Assembly (NCBI GenBank): GCA_021613535.1
Contig: CP075493.1
Span: 4,402,001-4,466,000 of the forward strand
Direction of reading: 5' to 3'
DNA from: Adineta vaga
Taxonomy: Eukaryota; Animalia; Rotifera
DNA length: 64,000 bases
A program made the position numbers and the translations under genes. Positions 55,343 through 64,000 of this stretch are shown piece by piece. Position 1 is the first letter of the stretch. Each line of letters begins with the position of its first letter. The notes under the pieces are model-generated. The model saw only the letters and a program-made list of their open reading frames with translations, searched no databases and had not been told where the DNA came from.

Positions 55343-57097
55343 ATGTCTATTGAAGATCAAATGAAATTCGAAAGATTACCTAATGAATTACTATTCGATA
55401 TATTCGAATATTTTCATCTTATTGATCTTTATCGTGCTTTCTTTCGACTTAATAGACGTTTCGATAAACTTCTTTTCGATTATGATCAAAAATATCATTT
55501 GGATTTTCGATCAATATCGAAATATGATACTGAAATCGTCTGTCAAGATCATCTTCCATTGCTTACACAACATATCATATCTCTTCATCTTTCCGATGAT
55601 GATGAAACACCTGTTTCCTCACAAATTTTCTTCACGAATAATTTCATTTTCAAACAATGCAATCGTTTGCAATCTCTTACTTTATATCATATCTATTCCC
55701 TTTCAAGAACATATGAAATCATATCACAATGTCAACACATGCCTTGTCTCAGACATCTATCTTTCATCAAATGTCATTTTTGGCATGATGAAAAAGATTT
55801 TCAATATTTTATCAATACAATTTGGACTTTAACAAAACTAACACATTGTACACTTGATTATACTCTACCTGGTCATCGTTTATTAACTCAAATTTCTTCG
55901 ATTTCTCAATCGATTGAATATTTATCAATGAAAAATATGCATTGTAATTTTCGTACTCTTTCGCATCTATTAGAATATACACCAAATCTTCATCAACTAC
56001 AAACAACGATCTTTTGTGGTTGTATCGATGAACAATTACAAACAACAAATATGTCGTCAATAATTTCATTGAATATTATTCAAAAGAGTTCTTTAAATTC
56101 CATGACAAATCTTTTTCATAGTCTAATTAATCTACGACATTTAACTTTAGAAACAAATTATATATATTTAAATGGTATTGAATGGAAAAAACTTCTTGTA
56201 GAACATGTACCAAAGATTCGAACATTTCATTTGAGAATGTTTTTTGAATTATCATCACTACGTAATCGTGAAGAACAAATTGATCTATTACTCAATTCAT
56301 TTCGTATACCATTTTGGATTCGAAAACATCAATGGTTTGTTCAATGTGATTGGACAATGTCCAAAACACAAAAACATGCTGTTCTTTATACTTTACCATA
56401 TTCTTTCAATCATTTTCTTTATGATAATCTTTGTCAATCGAAATCAACGTGTCCAAATAATCGACTGTATCAATCGTATAATCAAGTAAAACATTTACAA
56501 TATCTTGAATATGAAAATAATTTCATTACTAATGGTCTGATGCTTTGTACAATTCAATTTATGAATATTCAACATCTTGAAGTTAAACTTCCATATAATG
56601 ACAAAATTTTCTATTCAATAGTTCCAACATTGAATCAATTGATCTCACTTGATGTAATGTTAAATAATAATTATGCCTATTATCAATTACAAACATTACT
56701 TGATCGAGCACCACGTTTATATTCTCTAACATTTCGATGTTTACAAAATATTCCATCGGCTCTATTTCGTTTAACAAGTCATTCCATTCGTCGTTTAGAT
56801 TTTATAAGTACATCTACATTACGTTGTGGGCATTTTAAAAAATTTGAATGTGATGCTCTAGGTGAATGTATACTTGGTCGAAATTGTCATGTATTGTTAA
56901 TTAAAGTTCAAAATCGTTCGAGTATTCTTCAATTAATTAAAATTATGTCTAAACTTCAATCGATGATTGTTCAATGTGAAGATGAAGATCCACAAACTGA
57001 TGAACTTTTACAATGGTTACATGTCTATTTACCATCGACATATTCAATTGCAAGAGATCGTGATGATCTTTCAAAACTTCGTCTATGGATTCGATGA
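55343..57097 (+). CDS. F-box/LRR-like protein (rotifer-expanded family), intronless
   Basis: N-terminal FERLPNELLFDIFEYF..DLYRAFFRLNRRF, leucine-rich body, SFRIPFW..HQWFVQCD..LYTLPY, and terminal LRLWIR. Confidence 0.8.
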   Translation: MSIEDQMKFERLPNELLFDIFEYFHLIDLYRAFFRLNRRFDKLLFDYDQKYHLDFRSISKYDTEIVCQDHLPLLTQHIISLHLSDDDETPVSSQIFFTNNFIFKQCNRLQSLTLYHIYSLSRTYEIISQCQHMPCLRHLSFIKCHFWHDEKDFQYFINTIWTLTKLTHCTLDYTLPGHRLLTQISSISQSIEYLSMKNMHCNFRTLSHLLEYTPNLHQLQTTIFCGCIDEQLQTTNMSSIISLNIIQKSSLNSMTNLFHSLINLRHLTLETNYIYLNGIEWKKLLVEHVPKIRTFHLRMFFELSSLRNREEQIDLLLNSFRIPFWIRKHQWFVQCDWTMSKTQKHAVLYTLPYSFNHFLYDNLCQSKSTCPNNRLYQSYNQVKHLQYLEYENNFITNGLMLCTIQFMNIQHLEVKLPYNDKIFYSIVPTLNQLISLDVMLNNNYAYYQLQTLLDRAPRLYSLTFRCLQNIPSALFRLTSHSIRRLDFISTSTLRCGHFKKFECDALGECILGRNCHVLLIKVQNRSSILQLIKIMSKLQSMIVQCEDEDPQTDELLQWLHVYLPSTYSIARDRDDLSKLRLWIR

Positions 57098-57270
57098 CTG
57101 AAAAGATCGATCTTTCTCTCTCTCTCTATAGAATTATGAATAAACTCACTTTTAGTTTTGTTATTTATCTTTGTAATATCAAAAGAATGATAAAGACAAT
57201 AAGAGAAATAGTTTACCATGCATTTTCGTTATCGACAAAAGACAAACATTCGAGTTCTTTCTTTCAGTCG

Positions 57271-59073
57271 ATGTCATCAATGCAACTAGAATCGTTAGCA
57301 AATGAATTATTTCTTGATTTATTCGAATGTTTCAATGGGATTGATTTACTTCGTTCATTTCACGGATTAAATTCTCGATTTAATCAATTACTTTTTATTC
57401 ATTTCTATACATATCGTTTTGATTTACGTTCGATATCGAAATCTGATTTTGATTTGCTTTGTCATCAATATCTTCCATCTATCCTTGATCGAATTATTTC
57501 TCTTAAACTTTCAAATGATGATGAAACACCAAATCTCCCGGATTTATTTCTTTCATATGGTTTTACTCTAAATAAATTTATTCGTTTACAATCTCTTTCA
57601 TTATATTCCATTCAATCATTTAATCAATTAAATCAATTCATATTTCAATGCCATCAACTTTCATTCTTAACTCATCTTTATCTAATCGATGGTTACAAAG
57701 ATGAAGATGAAAAAAAAGATATTCTATTTTTATTCAATAGTATCTGGAGTTTAGCAAAACTTCAACATCTCTATATCAATTATAATATACCGGGAAGAAC
57801 ACGGTTTACTCAAATGAGAGTAACATCATTATCAATTCGATATTTATCAATGGAAAATATCGCTTGTACTTTAGAAGATGTTTCATATTTTATTAAATAT
57901 ACACCAAATCTTCAACATTTAAATACAACGATTCATTTTAATATTGATGATGAACAAATGCTAATTCAAACATTATCATTATCGATTATATCATTGAAAT
58001 TAACTTTTGAAAGTTCACTTCCAGTGATGTTAAAACTTTTTCAAATGATGCCAAATTTACAACGCTTATCCTTAAAAACAATGGATATCTATTTAAATGG
58101 TACAAAATGGCGAAAGATTCTTGTGAATTATTTATTTCATTTGAAAATCTTTCAATTACGAATGTATTTTGAATTTTCACAAACTAAAACAATCGATGAA
58201 CAATTAGAGAAATTACGTCATACATTTCGACATCCATTTTGGATCGATAAACATCAATGGTTTATTCAATGTGATTGTATACCATTTGGAACATATCATC
58301 ATGGAATTCTTTATACATTACCATATGCATTTGATACATATATTTGTTATGATACACAGAAAACGAAATCTACATGTCGATCAAAGGAAGACAAATTTTG
58401 GACATATAATGATGTTCATAGTTTACAATATATGAAATATAAGATGAATTCTGTGGATTATTCACAATTATTACCGATTAAATTTCCAAATATTCGATCT
58501 TTAAAACTTGGTTTTCCATTTCATGATCAGTTTTATTCATTATTTCCTTCGTTAAATCGATTAAAATCCGTTGAAGCAATACTTGGCGATAATTATAATA
58601 CAGAACAATTACAAACATTAATACATCTTTCACCTGCTCTTTATTCATTAAGATTTTTCTATTCAATTGATTTAAAAGTATCCATTGCACAATTAACAAG
58701 TTTATCGATTCGTCGTTTAAGTTTTATTACGAAATGTTCAATAACAATTGCACATTTTAATAATGAAGAATGTGCTTCATTAGCTTACTCACAACTTGGA
58801 CAACAGTGTGAAATTCTTTTGATTAAAATTGAAAATCGTTCGAATATTATAGATCTTATTCGAACAATGACTAAACTTCGATCATTAGTTGTTCATTGTA
58901 AAGATGATACTTGGATGGATAAAGATGCAACTGCTGTAATGAAAGATGAATTAATTGAATGGTTACGTAATAGTTTATCGACAAATTATTTGATTAGTAG
59001 AGATCAAAATGAAACTACATTTGTTCGAATATGGATTGGAGACAAAAGAAACAGTACAATTCCATCATATTAA
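57271..59073 (+). CDS. F-box/LRR-like protein, tandem paralogue
   Basis: LESLANELFLDLFECF..DLLRSFHGLNSRF, with the same conserved blocks as 55343-57097. Start placed at MSSMQLE by paralogue alignment. Confidence 0.8.
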   Translation: MSSMQLESLANELFLDLFECFNGIDLLRSFHGLNSRFNQLLFIHFYTYRFDLRSISKSDFDLLCHQYLPSILDRIISLKLSNDDETPNLPDLFLSYGFTLNKFIRLQSLSLYSIQSFNQLNQFIFQCHQLSFLTHLYLIDGYKDEDEKKDILFLFNSIWSLAKLQHLYINYNIPGRTRFTQMRVTSLSIRYLSMENIACTLEDVSYFIKYTPNLQHLNTTIHFNIDDEQMLIQTLSLSIISLKLTFESSLPVMLKLFQMMPNLQRLSLKTMDIYLNGTKWRKILVNYLFHLKIFQLRMYFEFSQTKTIDEQLEKLRHTFRHPFWIDKHQWFIQCDCIPFGTYHHGILYTLPYAFDTYICYDTQKTKSTCRSKEDKFWTYNDVHSLQYMKYKMNSVDYSQLLPIKFPNIRSLKLGFPFHDQFYSLFPSLNRLKSVEAILGDNYNTEQLQTLIHLSPALYSLRFFYSIDLKVSIAQLTSLSIRRLSFITKCSITIAHFNNEECASLAYSQLGQQCEILLIKIENRSNIIDLIRTMTKLRSLVVHCKDDTWMDKDATAVMKDELIEWLRNSLSTNYLISRDQNETTFVRIWIGDKRNSTIPSY

Positions 59074-59877
59074 ATTCTTTTTCATATGTTATATAAACTG
59101 CTATCAATACGATATGAGTCATTCGACAATCATGTTGTTGTTAAGATTTTCTTCATTATTAAAAATAACACCTGCATTGAATGAGTAATCGACAAGCTGT
59201 GTAAATGAAAGGAGTAAAACATCACATATTTTGTTTGATCCGATTTGTATTGTTGACAAGTGATTAAGTCATGTATATATATTTTTGAAAATAACTCAAA
59301 AGAAGTGATGACGTAAAGATTAAAATCCTAAGTAATAAATAAATGTACATGCTTACAACCGACTTATTATCCTTTCTTTTCGAAATGTAATAGATCAGAT
59401 TCATAATAAAATCTCAAGGCATTATGTATGATAGATGTGACATTGACTATTACTTTTATATGTGTGCTTGTTAAATATCTGAACGGATAAATAAAAACAA
59501 CATTTCCATCGGAACGAGTAAGTTTGAAGACATATTTTTTCACATAGAACCGAACTGATGAAGTAGCTGATCGAAAAAAAAATAATAAAATTTTAAAACT
59601 TTTATGATTTCATTCATTGCATACTGTTTACTTTTATGGAAAAAAAATCATATAAAAAGAAGAATATGTCATTGTATTCGATTAGAGGACTTTTTCTAGT
59701 GTATATATTGAGAAGAAGTAGAACGAACAAACGTCAATTTAAATAATGCCAAAATTGAAGATAAATAAGTAAAGAAAATCTTTTAATTTCTATTTAAATC
59801 ATTATATACTTGCAAATTATCCATTGAATTCTTTGCTTAGACGTATCTTTCCGGAAGCGAATCATTTACCTGATAAT

Positions 59878-62083
59878 ATGTCGACAGCAACAGTCATTAC
59901 TCGGATTGATAGTTCGATCAGTCAAAACAATGATGATAATCGTTCTATCACATCTCGTAGATCTTTCGAAGATCAAACACGAAGAAATACGCGTGTGTCT
60001 ATCAATCTCTCATCGAAGGGAATACTTTCGTTTCATAATATAAGTTATGTTGTTGGTGAACAACGCACAAAATGCAATCTATCCTGTATTAAAGCAAAAT
60101 CTGGAAAACAAATTATCGATAATGTTTCGGGTGTTTTTACCGAAGGAATGAATGCCATTATGGGTAAGTTGTATAGAAAGAATTATTTTTAAATCTATGC
60201 AGGAAATTGTATAGGACCAACTGGTTGTGGGAAGTCATCTCTTCTCGATATATTAGCTGATCGAAAAGATCCTCGTGGTCTTTCTGGACGAGTTTTTCTC
60301 GATGGATGTCCACCACCTCCATCATTCAAATATATTGTTGGTTATGTTGTTCAAGATGATATTATCAGTGGAACATTAACTGTACGAGAAAATCTCATGT
60401 TTTCAGCAAATGTTCGTTTGTCTGATGATGTAAGTAAAGATGAACGTCAAAAACGAGTAGCAGAAGTTATACATGATCTTGCACTTGAATCATGTGCTGA
60501 TACAAGAATTGGTACTGAATTTTTAAGAGGTGTTTCCGGTGGAGAACGAAAACGAACATGTATTGGCATGGAATTAGTACTTTCACCAAAAATACTTTTT
60601 CTCGGTGAACCAACAACAGGTTCGCCATGATGAATAAGATATTGTACAGTTTACTAATCATTTATTCATAGGATTAGATTCATCTACTGCTCGAAATGTT
60701 ATGGAATGTTTGAAAGAACTTTCACAAACTGGACGTAAGTTTATCTTCTATTGCATTTATCCTAGATTTTCTTTGAAAATAAAGGTACGATTATCTTTTC
60801 AATTCATCAACCACGTTATTCTATATTTAAATTATTTGATACAATTCTTCTGATGTGTAAAGGTAAAAATGTTTACCATGGTCCAACTGTAAATATGTTA
60901 CCATTTTTCAATACACTCGGTTACAATTGTGAATTACATGATAATCCAGCAGATTTTGCATTAGATGTTCTTATTGATGCGAATCGAAAATCTGAAGATT
61001 TAGAAAGATTAACGCAAGCTTATATGCAATCGGAAGTGTCAAAGAAAGTAGATTTGATCTCTCAACAAGACATACAAGATGATCAATTGGAAAGAATTCG
61101 TCGAACACAGAAAGGCGCAGCTGCAAGATCACTTGCTGTTGAAATCTATTATGTTGCACAACGAACATTGAAGAATGCTCTTAGAAATCCAGCTCTATTC
61201 TTATCACAAATTGTTGTCGCAATTATTATAGGTTTATTAGTTGGATTAGTCTTTCATGATATGAAAAGAACAATTGATCCTGGAATACAGAATCGTTTAG
61301 GAGCCATCTTTTTTATTGTCGTTAGTCAAATATTTAGTACAGTAACTGCACTTGAACCTTTGTTAAAAGAACGTGTCTTATTTATTCATGTGAGTTAGCA
61401 TTATATGTTTGTTAATTGTAATCAAACTAGTGTTTGATTTGTTTAGGAAAATGTTAGTGGTTACTATCGTATTACAACATTTTTCATCGCCAAATTGATT
61501 TGTGATGTAATACCAATGCGAATTTTACCATCGATCATATTTTCTTTAATTGCTTATTTTATGACCGGTTTACAAAGAACAGCAGGTCAATTTTTCATTT
61601 TTCTTCTTACTATTTTTATGGCTTCTGTATTTGGATCAGCAATGTGTTTCTTTATTGCTGCAACAATACCTATCTTCAGTAAGTTTATACAACAAGTTTT
61701 TCTCTATTTAAGAATACACAATTGCTTTTCTAGCTGTGGCTTTGATTCTTGTTGTATTGATCTTTGTTATTATGCTTGTATTCAGCGGTTTTATAGTTGA
61801 ATTAGCCAGTGTATTTAAATGGTTGTCATGGATTCAATGGATAAGTGCTTTTCGATATGCATCAAATGTATTAACTGTCAATGAATTTCGTAATATACAG
61901 TTTTGTCTCATTAATGCCACTAGCATTTGTCCAGCGAATGGTATCGATATACTAATCAAACATGAATTGGATTTTGAATCCGATTGGGATATGTGGAAAT
62001 ATTTTTTTGCTCTATCAATGATAACAATAACTTTTCTGCTCTTAGCATATATTCAACTTTTTCGAATTAAAAAAAACAAATAA
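59878..62083 (+). CDS. ABCG2/White-family half ABC transporter, multi-exon
   Basis: GPTGCGKSS, GYVVQDD, GVSGGERKR, LGEPTTGLD, IIFSIHQPR, NPADF, IQNRLGAIFF and ERVLFIHE motifs. GT-AG introns preserve frame. Confidence 0.9.
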
Positions 62084-62486
62084 ATTGAAATTAAAATATA
62101 GGTTATCTAGGAGATTTTCTAACGAATAAACCATGTGTATTATACATTGATTCTAAAATTACATTCTCCATATCAAATACATGATATAGATCAATGACAT
62201 TTGTTTAGTGATGATTACTTTATTGCTAATGAACGATTTATGATCATTACATAGTATGATTTATATCTAGTGTAATATTTCCACATTAAGGTTAGAAAGA
62301 GCAGCGAACGATAACGTTAACAAAAAAAGAAAAGTAAAAGGTAACACAACCACGTGGTGTAATTGATCTTGAAACTAAACTGACGAAAACAAGGACGTTT
62401 AATAATGTATGATTTCTTTTCTTCATCCATCAAGTAAATGTGATGTATAGTTATGTTATTCTTTCATTTTTAATTTTAACATTACA

Positions 62487-64000
62487 ATGCTATTTGAACA
62501 ATTAGCCAATGAACTTCTACTCGACTTGTTCGATTATTTGGATTTTATCAATCTATTTCGTGCTTTCTATGATCTCAATCATCGTTTCAATCAATTGATC
62601 TTCTCTCAACTTCAAAAATATCATCTTGATTTTCGTTCAGTACCAAAATGTGATTTTGATCTTGTTTGTCAGGAATATCTATTATCGATTCAAAATCAAA
62701 TCATTTCACTTCATCTTTCCAATGATGTCGACATACCAGAATTACCTCAAGTTTTTCTTACTCATGGTCATCATGTTAATCAATTTATTAATTTAAAATT
62801 TCTTTCAATTCGTTGTCAATCTTTTGCCATATTAAAACAAATCTTAAATGAATGTCATCAGCTCTCCTATCTTACACGTTTATATATTCATACAAATAAT
62901 TATGATTGTATAGAATATAATTATCGTCTTTTAATAAATCGAATTTGGAGTCTATCACAATTAACTTATTGTCATATAGATGTTATGTATTCTTCTTCAA
63001 CATGGTTTAATCCTATGACAATTATTTCGTCATCAATACTCTGTTTAATTACTACAGGTACTTCTTATACAATCAATAACCTTTGTAATCTATTCGAACA
63101 TACACCTAATCTAAAACGACTCGAAATAGGTAATATTATTGAATCTCATGATGTACCATTGCAAACGATCTTTCCATCATTAACTACATTACGTATGATG
63201 TTGGATATTTCTATAGAATCAACAAAATCTCTTTTTCAAATCGTACCTAATCTACGTTACTTGATGGTTCAAGTGAATAACATTGAATTCAATGGATTAG
63301 TATGGGAACAAATCTTCATCGATTATTTGACGAATATTAAACGTTTTCGATTACTAATGAATATTCAATTTTCACTTGATGACTCTAATGATGATATCGA
63401 TGAACAAATTGATGAACTATTCGATTCATTTCAAACTGACTATTGGATGAAAAAACAACGATGGTTTGTTCGTTATGATCGATATCAGATGAATTCTAAA
63501 GATACAATTGTTCTTTATACTTTACCTTATCCACTCGATACATTCTCTTTTATTGGTGGATGTCAATCAAAATCAACTAATCCAAATGATTTAAATCAAT
63601 CATCATCTTATGATCAAGTTCAAACACTTGAACATATACATAATAATCAATACAATATCTCATATAATCGTATTCTAATACCTATTCAATGTGCAAATAT
63701 TCATCATTTGAAACTAAAATTTCCACTTCATGAACATTTCTGGTCAATGATTCCAACATTGGATCGTCTGATTTCTCTTGATGTAACATTATATGAAGAT
63801 AGAGATTATTCTCAATTACAACTTCTACTTCAACGAACACCTCATCTTCATTTGTTAAAATTTTGTCATCGAAATAAATTCTCCTTGGCTTCATTCAATA
63901 TCTACAATGCATCTATTCGACGACTTGCCTTCTTTCAAAATTCTGGATTTCGTTTACATTATTTCGATAGCATCGAATGTGCATTGTTTACTAATTTACC
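62487..64000 (+). CDS. F-box/LRR-like protein, third paralogue, truncated by the window end (absent from the ORF track)
   Basis: MLFEQLANELLLDLFDYLDFINLFRAFYDLNHRFNQL..., LHLSNDVDIP, SFQTDYW..QRWFVRYD..LYTLPY. Appears open to the window edge. Confidence 0.8.
   Translation, partial: MLFEQLANELLLDLFDYLDFINLFRAFYDLNHRFNQLIFSQLQKYHLDFRSVPKCDFDLVCQEYLLSIQNQIISLHLSNDVDIPELPQVFLTHGHHVNQFINLKFLSIRCQSFAILKQILNECHQLSYLTRLYIHTNNYDCIEYNYRLLINRIWSLSQLTYCHIDVMYSSSTWFNPMTIISSSILCLITTGTSYTINNLCNLFEHTPNLKRLEIGNIIESHDVPLQTIFPSLTTLRMMLDISIESTKSLFQIVPNLRYLMVQVNNIEFNGLVWEQIFIDYLTNIKRFRLLMNIQFSLDDSNDDIDEQIDELFDSFQTDYWMKKQRWFVRYDRYQMNSKDTIVLYTLPYPLDTFSFIGGCQSKSTNPNDLNQSSSYDQVQTLEHIHNNQYNISYNRILIPIQCANIHHLKLKFPLHEHFWSMIPTLDRLISLDVTLYEDRDYSQLQLLLQRTPHLHLLKFCHRNKFSLASFNIYNASIRRLAFFQNSGFRLHYFDSIECALFTNL

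Noticed and set aside
57085-57270. N-terminal extension overlapping the upstream F-box gene's stop, suggesting translational coupling
   Set aside because: Paralogue alignment puts the start at 57271, and the context is eukaryotic.

Overview
AT-rich eukaryotic genomic DNA with many short (about 48-76 bp) GT-AG introns. The gene families point to a bdelloid rotifer (Adineta-like; inferred): NHL-repeat protein, WWE-ADP-ribosyltransferase, F-box/LRR-like paralogues, orphan rhodopsin-like and LDLa/EGF-type GPCRs, and several bacterial- or fungal-like enzymes. The most striking element is a ~19.5 kb cluster (7595-27029) of six paralogous AIG1/septin-like P-loop GTPase genes. Three of them carry an N-terminal stonustoxin-like (MACPF/CDC-type) domain. 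The cluster encloses a 7-exon gene encoding three tandem tyrosine-kinase-like/pseudokinase domains and a C-terminal C2HC zinc finger. It looks like an uncharacterised innate-immunity or cell-death module. Two GTPase domains share an ~885 bp, ~99% identical tract. The rest of the window holds candidate horizontally acquired enzymes (DUF3431, amidohydrolase, EEP, intradiol dioxygenase, PhyH-like dioxygenase, sterol glucosyltransferase), a Mortierella-like LRR protein, ABCC and ABCG transporters, GPCR pseudogenes and a ~5 kb CC/GG-depleted tract with no convincing gene. No rRNA, tRNA, CRISPR array or intact transposon was recognised. Family calls come from motif recognition by eye, not database searches.
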